In this document: positions 11,626 through 22,375 of the stretch, piece after piece | Position numbering within the stretch: position 1 is the first letter of the stretch | Layout of the letters: every line of letters begins with the position of its first letter | Source of the DNA: Mobula birostris | Taxonomy: Eukaryota | Reading direction: 5' to 3' | Length of the DNA stretch: 64,000 nt | NCBI RefSeq assembly: GCF_030028105.1 | Contig: NC_092395.1 | Location: forward strand, 43,986,459-44,050,458 | The notes under the pieces: generated by a model | What the model saw: only the letters and a program-made list of their open reading frames with translations | What the model was told of the DNA's origin: nothing | Database searches by the model: none | Made by a program: the position numbers and the translations under genes

Positions 11626-11971
11626 AGCAGTTTGTGGCAGTTACCATCTGTCAGTCTGATACTGATGAGAAATCATAAGCACATTCATTAATAACTTTAA
11701 TTAGATCCATCCCTGGCAACAGAGAAAACAATTCACTAGCTGATATTTCTAATGATGACAAGTGTCAGGCCACTTTTACCCCACGTAGTTTCTCAGCGAA
11801 TGAAACAGAACAAAATCAGTCTCGGGTGCAAATATTCTAACAATACAATTGAAAACCACAGAGCTCTGATCAGAGTTCAGAGTACAGTGGAGAGGTAGAG
11901 GGGGTGAAAATGCAAAAAAAAAAAAAAAATTCCTGTTGTTGGGAGCAAACAAGTACGAGATCACGCTCTGT

Positions 11972-12294
11972 TTAACAGCTGGACTGTGTGACTGTTGCGG
12001 ATGTTGACGAAGCTGCTCCTTGGTTAACCACGCAGGAGTACCTCTTCCCACTGCTCCAGTCTGCGCCCGGCACCGTCAGGTAGCTGCTGAGACTGAAAGT
12101 GCTGTCCGTGTCCCGCCTCGTTGCGCTGGTTTTCACCTCACGGCTGGTCAGACTCCCGTCCACTGTCCAGCTGACGACAGGGAAGCCCACCGACAGCTTA
12201 CTGACCAGGCAAACTAAGGTGCCGGTTCCTTTAGCGGAGATCTCCTCGGCAGGCGGCCCAAGCAGTTTTACTGAAGGGTCGGGCAGCTGCTGAT
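11972..12294 (-). CDS. IgL constant exon, intact (sigma/type IV-like), exon 3
   Basis: Acceptor tcttgttcccgatccag|AT, phase 1. DQQLPDPSVKLLGPPAEEISAKGTGTLVCLVSKLSVGFPVVSWTVDGSLTSREVKTSATRRDTDSTFSLSSYLTVPGADWSSGKRYSCVVNQGAASSTSATVTQSSC*. C1-set Cys/Trp/Cys are present, plus a C-terminal Cys for the H-L bond. Confidence 0.96.
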
Positions 12295-13428
12295 CTGGAT
12301 CGGGAACAAGAGGAGACAAGTTTCAGGTCACGGATTATCTCGCGATATTTCACAGTTGGATGGAAGCGCGAGTGAAAGATTCCAGCTTCCAAGAATGGGG
12401 CCCAGGGTTTCGCTAGGGTGCACGTCAGTGCCGATGGAGGGCAGTGCATTTTAGTCAGTACTGAAGAACTAGACATCTGTGGTCAAATCGCTGTTTGAGG
12501 ATTTTCCTGTAGAGTAGCTGGATTACAGCATCACCAGCTCGGTGACATCACCTCCAGCTCTTGGGATCCACCTTGGCCTGTGCCAACAATGACACGTTCC
12601 TTCCCTTTGCTCCATCCACTCATCACCAACCGCCACCTCCCACCCGTGTCACCCAGAGCTGTAATGAGAGTAAACCTATTTCTGCGCTTACCCAGAGCGC
12701 AGGGCAACATGCGTGTGGTCTGGAGTTTCACAGAGCTGGTGTAGGGAAGTCACACTGTGACGATGCGGAAGCAATTACTGTGGGTGAAGGAAGGTGGGAT
12801 TGTCCCCAGACCCGAAGCTCTGGCCTTACTCTGTGTAGCGACCGAATCACTGAGTGGCCGTACCCCAAAAGGAGCAGTTCTCAAGTGAAAAGGTGGCAGG
12901 AGAGACGGGGCAAGGACGAAGCAATTGGATGGGTGTCTGTAGGAGTGTTCTGCCCAAACCGGGAGAAATGGAAGTTCTGTGAAAGTTGAAGGAAGGTTTC
13001 AATAGAGCATCCGCATACAATAACTCTAAACTTGTAGTTCTGTTGTATTGACAACCGTGGGCCACGTCAAATCCCCAGTAATACCTCGGTCCGCTTTCTA
13101 AGAAGCTGGAACTCCTCACGCTGGCTTCCAACAAACCAAAGAGGAAGCGGTCAAACGAATCGGACTGAAACCGCGCCACCGTAGACTTGGGCCTACAATC
13201 TCAGAAACGAAATATTATGTGCAGATGCCAGGAACACAACTTACAGCACCAGAAAGAAAACACAACTGAAAAGAGAACTTTTTAAAAGACGATATCAATT
13301 CACAAGACAACTCTATATTCACTGAACACAACTCCATAGACACACGATACGTAGCACAACTGGATCGTACATCGGTGCTTACATTGTCAAATTCGCCAAG
13401 AAATCATAATGTATAAATTATTGATTGC

Positions 13429-13474
13429 CAGGTGACCATATTCATGCAGCTCGGAAGTGCAGGAGGGATTTTCT
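13429..13474. promoter_or_regulatory. Candidate intronic enhancer motifs just 3' of J (E-box CAGGTG; kappaB-like site)
   Basis: CAGGTG at 13429-13434 is conserved in cluster 1 (1840-1845). GGGATTTTCT at 13465-13474 corresponds to the canonical GGGATTTCCC at 1876-1885. Confidence 0.35.
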
Positions 13475-13484
13475 AGACACTTAC

Positions 13485-13841
13485 CTGTGACAAAGAGCTT
13501 GGTTCCTCGTCCGAACAAGTAGACACTGCTCGATTCTAGCCACTTGAAGCAGTAATAGACGGCAGCGTCATTCAGCTCTACATTTTTTATGATTAACTGG
13601 TAAACAGTGCCGGCGCTGTTGGCTATCGACGTGAAGCGGTCGCTGTTAAAGCCAGAGCCGTAGGTCGGGGCGCTGAGTGAGATATGGTAGTACAGGATCC
13701 ATTGTGGAACCGTCCCCGGTGTCTGCTTGTACCAAGACACATAATAGCCATCATTTGTTCTGGTGTTACATTCCAGCGTTGCCGACGACCCTGGACTCGC
13801 CGACACGGCCGGAGGCTGCGTCAGAGTCTGGGATTCTCCAG
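13485..13841 (-). CDS. Germline-joined IgL VJ exon, intact (sigma-like), exon 2
   Basis: Acceptor ttttttacag|CT and donor G|gtaag; 357 nt, phase 1/1. (S)GES-QTLTQPPAVSASPGSSATLECNTRTNDGYYVSWYKQTPGTVPQWILYYHISLSAPTYGSGFNSDRFTSIANSAGTVYQLIIKNVELNDAAVYYCFKWLESSSVYLFGRGTKLFVT. Both Cys, the Trp and FGxG are intact. The long CDR2 ending YGSGF is typical of sigma. Confidence 0.96.
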
Positions 13842-13944
13842 CTGTAAAAAACAGGAATTCAACTTTAAACATTGACTCTTTAATGTGACCCCCAAAGCCC
13901 AGATCAACAACCGCTGGCGGTGCAGCCATGCTGCCTGTACTTAC

Positions 13945-13993
13945 AGCCTAACCACATTGCCAGAGACCAGAAAAAGCACAACGTCCGTATCAT
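13945..13993 (-). CDS. IgL leader exon (exon 1)
   Basis: ATG ATA CGG ACG TTG TGC TTT TTC TGG TCT CTG GCA ATG TGG TTA GGC T|gtaagt = MIRTLCFFWSLAMWLG, phase 1, with a 103-nt intron to the VJ exon. Gives a 20-aa signal peptide ending SGES. Confidence 0.93.
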
Positions 13994-14103
13994 TGCTGTC
14001 CGTCAGCTTCCTACGTCCCTTCAGCCGATGGATCCGTGACAGACTGCGGCCGCCTTCTCCGATGTACCCAGTTATACAGCCATTCATACCGGGGAGGAAA
14101 CCC

Positions 14104-14113
14104 ATGCAAATCA
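14104..14113 (-). promoter_or_regulatory. Ig light-chain promoter decamer/octamer TGATTTGCAT
   Basis: Exact TNATTTGCAT in the light-chain orientation, about 110 nt upstream of the ATG. A weak TATA-like TATAAC lies near 14071-14077. Confidence 0.9.
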
Positions 14114-14135
14114 GGGAGACTCACACTGACCAACC

Positions 14136-14385
14136 AGAGCAACACACACTAAATTCTAGAGGAACTCAGCAGGCCAGGCAACATCTAGGAAAAGAGTACC
14201 ATCGCTGTTTCGGGCCGAAACCCTTTGGTAATATTTGTGTGCTTCTTTATCCTAAGCCGGATCTATGCTTTCAATCTCGGTGCACTCTTTCCCAAGTTGC
14301 TGCCTTTCCTGCTGAGTTCCTCCGGCATTTTGTGTGTGTTGTCGGAATTCCAGCATCCGCGGATTTTCTCTTGTTGCTGATCAAC
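14136..14385. mobile_element. Two PLE 3'-tail fragments in inverted orientation
   Basis: aggaactcagcagg (14160-14173) and its exact reverse complement cctgctgagttcct (14308-14321). Both match the PLE terminus. Confidence 0.7.
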
Positions 14386-15229
14386 TAGAGCAAAGGATTT
14401 AAAGCTTCCTATTCCCCGTCTCACACCATCAGGATGAGGCGGTGTCACTGGCGGCAACGAGCAGATCAATTGATTAAAAAAAATGTCGGAACAGATTGTT
14501 CTGTGTCTGATATCTCCCAAATTTGCACAGAAGGAGGCAGATACAAAGGTCCGTGTCCTCGTTTGCCCCAGCAAATGTGTAACAGACAACCTTCAGAACT
14601 ACAAGCTGTGGACACACACGAGGTGCTGCTGGAAGATTGTGGAAGACTGATGAATGCTGCCGACAGCACAGTCCAGCAGTACATGCATTGTAATCAGTGC
14701 AGCCAAAGTTAAGATTGCATAGGCTGGAATGCCTCTTGATCAATTAAAGGGGACTCGCCATAGGGAGACATGTGAGTGGATATCGTGCCATATTTGTGTG
14801 TGCTTTTTAAAGTTTACCTCACCGAATATTACAACCATAATTCTGAAAGTTTACACAGTCCCTTCCCTTGGTTTGAAATTTTTAAATAATCTTTCCCCCT
14901 TATTTCCCTGCTGCAGTTCTTGCCACTTTCCATCACTCACATATCCAGGTACAACGGAGCAGACAGTACAGACTTCCTGTTTCCACACAAGTCATTCAGA
15001 TGTTGAGTTCAAATCCACCCTGACTATTGGAGGGATTGAATTCAGTCTAAATGTTGGGATGAAATCTGTTCTGAGTAACAATAAAGTGCAAAAAGCTGTT
15101 GTGTACATCGTTACAAGCAGACAGCGGGAACAACTCAACGATGGATCCTCCGGTATTACTACAGACACACAGTGACCCGAAACGGAGGCAGACTTATTAA
15201 CCCTTTGGGAGAGGGAACTTCTCATCATC

Positions 15230-15507
15230 GGCGCCATGGTAGTGTAGTGTTAGCACGACGCAATTATAGCTTGAGGCGATCGGGGGTAAGACGTTTAATT
15301 CTGACATTGGCTGCAAAGAGTTTGTACGTTCTCTTCGTGATGGCGGACGTTTCCTTCAGGTGCTCCGGTTTCCTCCCACATTCCAAGCGCACACAGGTTA
15401 GTAGGTTAACAAGTCATTATAAATGTTCCTGTGATTAGGCTAGTGTTAAATATGTTGGTTGTGCGGCTGGTTAGTCTCTTGTTTTTTAAATAAATAAATA
15501 AATAAAT
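15230..15507 (+). mobile_element. V-SINE (HE1-like elasmobranch SINE) with a (TAAA)n tail
   Basis: V-domain core ggtgctccggtttcctcccacattccaag at about 15358-15387; tail taaataaataaataaataaa at 15488-15507. Confidence 0.75.
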
Positions 15508-15549
15508 CTTTATCCTTCTATGTCTGTCTCCAATCCCACATCACACACT

Positions 15550-15872
15550 TGGGTGATGGGTCCTATTGAGTTCACATACGCACGTGAGATCAACAAATAT
15601 CCAGGGGAATCAACAACTTTTATGGGTGGGTATAGCAGTGGAAGAGGGATTCGGGCAAAAAGTCATTGCATAGTCATTTGGTTTTGAGTGTAGTCCGCAC
15701 CTGTTCTTTGAGACAGTCTGATAAATGGAACAGGCGGTGTCTCCATCTGGAGAAGCTTGGTCTCTGGTGTTTGGAGTTCAAGCAACAGTAGTCCTTGCCC
15801 AAGGCTGAATGTTTCGTGTACAACAGGTTTCTGGCGGTGCTACTTCTGCAGCTCAAGCGAATGCACACAGTG
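15550..15872 (+). pseudogene. Highly decayed, apparently unrearranged IgL-like V segment followed by an RSS heptamer
   Basis: One frame gives GPIEFTYAREINKYPGESTTFMG..VIWF*V*SAPVL*..SGVWSSSNSS..RLNVS..CYFCSSSEC, followed by CACAGTG at 15866-15872. Trp-to-Cys spacing is 56 codons. It has three stops and has lost Cys23 (GGT). Confidence 0.45.
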
Positions 15873-16639
15873 GGGGACCGGGGGACCGCCATACAGCAAG
15901 AGGAGCAGGGAGATGGGCCCTAGGATTCCCCTGAGGGCACACTGCTCCCTGACTGTATAACATTCAGAGTACTGATTGGGAGAGTTTTCTCCTGGGCTAG
16001 AGGATGACATGTGGTCCATTATGTCCGTTGTGCAAGTGGATCCCCTCTACAGGGAGAGAGTAGAATGATCTGCAGAAAAACAAGAGAAAAGATTCTTCAA
16101 GTTGAGGAGCATTTGAGTTTACTGTGGCACAGACATGACTCAGGGCAGGTATGTTGTATCTATGGTGCCCCTGTCACTAAAGCCCATTCAGTAATTTCAC
16201 TGGAAAATCCAAGGTGGTGGGGGGCGGGGGGATAAAGGGGTACCAATTTCTTCGAACATTTCCAAGATGTTTGGCTTTGTGGTGTAACTGGCCAGTGTAA
16301 ATTGGCCCAGGTTTGCAGGGGAGTGTCAGGCTTTGAAGGGAATGTGAGAAGAATGGAAAAGGATTGGTTCACGGCTGGTCTAAATCGATGTTTGATGGAA
16401 AGCACAGACACAGTATGCTGAAGAGCCCCTTACCATGCTTTATGAATAAATGCAGTCAGAATTGAGGCCAGTCGGATGGGAACCAGAGAACCAGAACAGT
16501 TAGTGGAGAGTTTATGGGGGCAGATATTGGCGAAACCTCAGACAAAGTTTGGAATCAAAATGTTGAGGATGGTGCAACCCGTGTCCCAAGCTGCATATAT
16601 TTTAATGCTACAGGTTTCATAGGAAAGATGGATAATAGT

Positions 16640-19547
16640 GCTGGAGATGACGGAACAAGCTTACAAATAGAGGCCATGTGTAGTGAAGAGAGGATGCTGA
16701 TGGGGCAAAATTGCAGTCAAGAGAATGAGTTGCAACATAAAAGGCAGACAGAATCGAAAGAGGTGAATACAGGACTGAAGGTGTTGTATTTGAATGTAGA
16801 ATAAGGTAGGCAAACTTAGCACACTTGCAGATTGGCAGTAACAATGCTGTAGGCATCACAGAATTCTGTTTGAGAAAAGATTACAGCTGAGAGCTTAATG
16901 TCGGAGGATACACATTGTATCAAAAAGACAGGCTGGAAGGCAAAGTAGGTGGTGCTCATTATTGGTTAAGAAAAGAAATAAAATCATCAGGAACAGATGG
17001 CATGGGGTTGGAAGGTATTGAATCATTGTTGATAGAGCTAAGGAACTGTAAGGATTAAAAGACACTGATGGGAGTTGTATACAAAACTCCAAACAATAGT
17101 AATAAAGTGGCTTACAAATTATAATGGAAGATGGAAACTGCATGCAGCAAAGGAAATGTAACAATAGTAATGGGGAACTTTCATATGCAGATATACCGTA
17201 TTGGGAAAATTAAGTTGGCGATGGATTCTAGGAGGGGGGATTTCTAGTTTGCCTGCAATATTGCCTTTCAGAGTACCTCAAGGTTAAGCCCACTCGTGGA
17301 TCAGTTATTCTGAATTGGGTGTTGTGCAGTGAATCACAATTGATTAGACAGCTTAAGGTGAAACAATCCTGAAGGGAAAGGAATCATATTATAATTGAAT
17401 TCACCCTGAAATTTGAAAAGGAGAAGCTTACGTCAGTTGTGTCAGTATTACAGTAGAGTAAAAGGAATTCCAGAAGAATGTGAGAGGAGTAGGCCATAAC
17501 TCTTTGGAACAGAACGCTGGCAGGGGCGTCAGCTGAGCAGCAATGGCTGAAATTTTTGAAAGAAATTTTGAAAGCAAAGTAATTATACATCCCAAAAAGG
17601 AAGATTTATTCTTCACGAAAGATGAAATAACTGTGGCTAACAAAAGAGGTAAAAGACAACATAAAAGCTAAAGAGTGGGTATAAAATAAAGCAAAAGTTA
17701 GTGGGATGTTAGAGGATTGGGAAGCTTTTAAAAATCATTGGAAGGCAATTAAAATGTCACTAAGGTAAAGATAAAATACGAATTTAAGCCAGCCGATAAT
17801 GTTAAAGAGGATACCAAAAATTTCTTCAGATACATAAAGTGCAAAAGGGAGGTGACAGTTGACCTCCAGAGAATGATGCTGGAGAGGTTGTAATGGGGTC
17901 AATGAAATGACGGATGGAGTGAATAAGTGTTTTGCATCAGTCTTCACTGTGGAAGGTACTAGCAGTATGGTAAAAGTTCCAGGTGTCAGGGCACTTTCAG
18001 GTTTAGAAGTTACCATAACTCTAGAGAAGGTTCTTGAGAAAGTGAAAGGTCTGAAGGTAAATATGTCACCTAGACCAGAGGGTGTACATTCCAGAGTTCT
18101 GAAAGGAGAGGGAATAGTCATGATCTTTCAACAATATCTAGATTCTGCTAATGCCACTCCGTTCCTCAAGAAGAAAGAGATGCAGAAGGCTAGAGATTGT
18201 AGGCCAGTTAGTCTCACTTCAGTGGTTGGGAAGATGTTGGAGTCGATTGTTAAGGAAGTGGGTTCAGTGTACTTGGAGGCAAGTGATAAAACTGGTTGTA
18301 GTAAGAATGGTTTCTTCACGGGAAAATCTTGCCTGACACATATGTTAGAATTCTTTGAAGAAATAACAAGTAGGTTAAACAATGGAGGATCAATTGAATG
18401 TGTGTGATTGGATTTTCAGAAGGCCTTAGACAAGGTGCTTCACGTGAGGCTCTTAAAAATCTCTGAGGCCATGGTATTACAGGAAAGATGCTAGCATGGA
18501 TAAAGCAGTGGCCAGTTGGCAGGAGGCTAAGAGTGGCATTAAAAGGAGCATTTTCTGGCTGGCTAATGGGAACAGTGGTATTCCACAGGTGTCTCTACTG
18601 CGACTGATTCTTTTTTACGATATATTTCAATGATTTGGATGGTGAAATTGATGGTGTTGTTGTAAAATTAGCGTACAGTATGAAGATAGGTGGAGAGTCA
18701 TGTATATTTGAACAAGTACAAAAGCTACAGAAGGACTTAGACTGATTCCGAGAATGGATAAAGAAATAGCAGTTGGAATAAATTGTCAGGAACTGTATGG
18801 TCCCGCACTTTGGTGGAATAAAAGAAATTGTTGACTATTTTCTAAATGGAGAGAAAATACAAATACTTGGGAGTCAATAAGCAAGATTCCCTGAAAGTTA
18901 ATTTGCAGGTTACATCTTCAGTGAGGAATGTAAGATAATGTTAGCATTCATTTCAAAAGGACTACAATCTAAAATCAGGGATGCAATTTTGATACTCTAT
19001 AAAGCACTGGTGAGGCCTCACTTAGCGTATTGTGAGCAGTTTGGGGCCCCTTATCTTAGAAACGATGCATTGGAACTAGAGAAGGTTTAAAAGGGGTTCA
19101 CAAAAATGATGTCAGGTCATATGCAGAATATTTGATGGCTCTGCGCCTGCATTCACTGGAATACAGAAGAATGAGGAGTGACCTTATTGAAATCTATTGA
19201 ATGGTGAGAGGCCTTGATAGTGTATGTGAGAGTCAAAGACCAGAGGACACAGCCTCAGAATAGAGGCGTGTCCTTTTAGCATGGAGATGGGAAGGAATTT
19301 CTTTAGTTAGATATCGGTGAATCTGTGGGATTCTTTGCCACAGGCATCTGTGGAGGACAAGTTGTTATCTATATTTAAGGCATGGGTTGGTGAATTGCTA
19401 ATTTGTGAGGGCATGAAGGATATGAAGAAAAGGCAGGAGATTGGGCAGAGAGCAAAATTGGATTAGCCACGATGAAATAGTGGAATGGACTTGATGCGCC
19501 AAATGGCCTAATTCTGCTTCTATGTCTTATGTTCTTATGGTCTTATG
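16640..19547 (+). mobile_element. Degraded CR1 LINE ORF2 with 3' tail
   Basis: EN remnants, RT RPVSLTSVVGKMLES (17907-18407), (tcttatg)n tail at about 19521-19547; many stops. Confidence 0.88.
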
Positions 19548-19599
19548 CAATTGAAGGAATATGCAGGAGGCATGACATCAGTGGTGCACTACTAATGTC

Positions 19600-21920
19600 C
19601 ATAAGACCATAAGAGCATAAGACAAAGGAGCAGAAGTTGGCCATTCGGCCCATAGAGTCTGCTGCGCCATTTTATTATGGGTTGATCCATTCTCCCATTT
19701 AGTCCCACTCCCCCACCTTCTCACCATAACCTTTGATGCCCTGGCTACTCAGATACCTATCAATCTCTGCCTTAAATACACCCAATGACTTGGCCTCCAC
19801 TGCTGCCCGTGGCAACAAATTCGATAGATTCACTACCCTCTGGCTAAAAGAAATTCTTCGCATTTCTGTTCTGAATGGGCGCCCTTCAATTCTTAAGTCA
19901 TGCCCTCCCATAGTAGACTCCCCCATCATGGGAAACAAGTTTGCCACATCCAATCTGTCTATGCCTTTCAACATTCAAATTCTTTCTATGAGGTAACCCT
20001 TCATTCTTCTAAGCTCCAAGGGATCCAGTCCAAGAGCGGACAAACGTTCCTCATATGTTAACCCTCTCATTGCCAGATTCATTCTAGTGAATCTTCTCTG
20101 TACGCTTTCCAAATCAGCACATCTTTTCTTAAATAAGGAGACCAAAACTGCCCACAGTACTCCAAGTGAGTTCTTACCAGTGTCTTATAGAGCCTCAACT
20201 TCACATACCTGTTCCTATACTCTATTCCTCTAGAAATGAATGCCAAATTTGCATTCACCTTCTTCACCACCGACTCAACCTGGAGGTTAACCTTAAGGGT
20301 CTTCTGCACGAGGACTCCCAAGTCCCGTTGCATCTCAGAACTTTGAATTCTCTCCCCATTTAAATAATAGTCTACCCGTTTATTTCTTCTGCCAAAGTGC
20401 ATAACCATACACTTTCCAATATTTTATTTCATTTGCCATTTCTTTGCCTATTCTTCAAATCTATCCAAGGTCTCTGCAGGCTCTCTGTTTCCTCAGCAGT
20501 ACCGGCCCCTCCACCTATCTTTCTATCATTAGCAAACTTAGCCACAAAGCCATCTATTCCATAATCCAAATCGTTGATGTACAAAGTAAAAATAAGCGGC
20601 CCCAACACGGACCCCTGTGGAACACCACTGGTAACCAGCAGCCAACCAGAATAGGATCCCTTTATTCCCACTCTCTGTTTCCTGCCAATCAGCCAACACC
20701 CTATCCAGGTATGTAACTTTCTCGTAATTCCATGGGCTCTTATCTTGTTAAGTAGCCTCAGGTGCGGCACCTTGTCAAAGGCCTTCTGAAAATCCAAATA
20801 TACAACATCCACTGCATCTCCCTTGTCTAGACTACTTGTACTTTCCTGTAGGTTTGTCAGGCAGGATCTTCCTTTCAGGAAACCATGCTGAGATCTGTCT
20901 ATCTTGTCATATGACTCCAGGTACTCTGTAACCTCATCCTTGACAATCAACTCCAACAACTTCCCAACCACCGATGTCATGCAAACAGGTCTATCATTTC
21001 ATTTTTGCTTCCTTGCCCCCTTCTTAAATAGCAAAGTGACATTTGCAATCTTCCAGTCCTCTGGAACCAGGCCAGAATCAATCAACTTTTGAAAGATTAT
21101 AGCTAATGCCTCCGCAACCTCCACAACTACTTCCTTCAGAATACGAGGGTGCATTCCATCTGGTCTGGGAGATTTATCTACCTTTAGACTATTCACCTTC
21201 CTGAGTACTTCTTCTTTTGTAATTGTGACTGCGCAAACTTCTCTTCCTTGCTACCCTTGAGTGTCCAGTATACTGCTAATGCCTTCCTCAGTAAAGACTG
21301 ATGCAAAATACTCGTTCAGTTCCTCCGCCATCTCCTCATCTCCCATTACAATTTCTTCAGCATCATTTTCTATCCGTCCTATATCTACTCTCCCCTATCT
21401 TTTACTCGTTATATACTTGAAAAAGTTTTAGTATCCTCTTAAATATTATTATCTAGCTTCCTTTCATATTTCATCTTTTCCCTCTTAATGACCTTCTTAG
21501 TTTCCTTTTGTAAGCTTTTAAAAACTTCCTAATTCTCTGTCTTCCCACTGATTTTTGCTTCTTTGTATGCCCTCTCCTTTGCTTTAACTTTGGCTTTGAC
21601 TTCTCTTTTCAACCACAGTGGCATCCTTTTTCCATTCGAAAATTTCTTCTTTTTTGGAATATACCTGTCTTGCACCTTCCTCACTTCTGGCATAAACTCC
21701 AGCTACTGCTGCTCTGCCGTCATTCCCACCAGTGTCCCTTTCCAGTCAACATTGGCCAGTTCCTCAGTCATGGCCACTATAATTTCCTTTACTCCACTGA
21801 AATACCGACATATCGGATTTCGGCTTCTCTTTTTGAAATTTCACAGTGAACTCGATCATGTTATGATCACTGCCTCCTAAGGGTTCCTTCACCTCAATCT
21901 CTCTAATCACCTCTCTAATC
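19600..21920 (-). mobile_element. 5'-truncated CR1 LINE
   Basis: KVDKSPRPDGMHPRILKE, YLDFQKAFDKVPH, SGVPQGSVLGP, YCGQFWSP; (cataaga)n tail at 19600-19623. Confidence 0.92.
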
Positions 21921-21989
21921 AACTTCATTGCACTGCAACTCATCCCAATGGCTACAAATTTGCCCCATCACCTGCCTGTCTTTCCAGAC

Positions 21990-22275
21990 ATCTTTACTGC
22001 TCACTATCTTAGATTTATTCCTGTTTTCCCCTTCCTCTGCTCTACCATTCTGGTTCCCAACCCCCTGCCAAATTAGATTAAACCCTCCCTAACAGCTCTA
22101 TTAAACATTCCCACCAGGATATTGGTCCCCTTCGGGTTCAGGTATAACCTATCCGTTTTGAACAGATCATACTTCCCCCAGAAGAGATCCCAATGATCCA
22201 AGAATCTGAAGCCCTGCCCCCTGAAGCAGTCTCTCAGCCACTCATTCATCTGCCTGATCCTACTATTCTTGCCCT
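21990..22275 (-). mobile_element. CR1 ORF1 (esterase) C-terminal fragment
   Basis: Reverse strand resembles the ORF1 end ..GTNILVGMFNRAVREGFNLIW. Confidence 0.6.
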
Positions 22276-22375
22276 CGCTAGTATCTCTCTGAACTTATTG
22301 ATGAAAACTGTTTTTACTATAATTACTGAAAATAAAGAAATACAGTGGTTCCCAGTTAATTGGGATGCATCATCC

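Noticed and set aside
12753-12759. Isolated heptamers CACTGTG/CACAGTG at 12753, 995, 2603 and 15168
   Set aside because: No acceptable nonamer at 12 or 23 nt, not conserved between paralogous introns, and expected by chance.
12960-13140. YYW / YHC codons in the J-C introns suggesting a buried V
   Set aside because: The frames are not conserved between the two clusters, and there is no Trp or Cys23 landmark and no RSS.
14963-15175. Acceptor-preceded open segment (GTTEQTVQTSC..VLSNNK..AVVY) faintly resembling a TCR constant domain
   Set aside because: It lacks the A strand, Trp and second Cys, so the similarity is not distinguishable from chance.
16120-16155. TACTGTG followed by a short segment and a GTATGT donor (J-like)
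   Set aside because: No FGxG motif, an in-frame stop and no nonamer.
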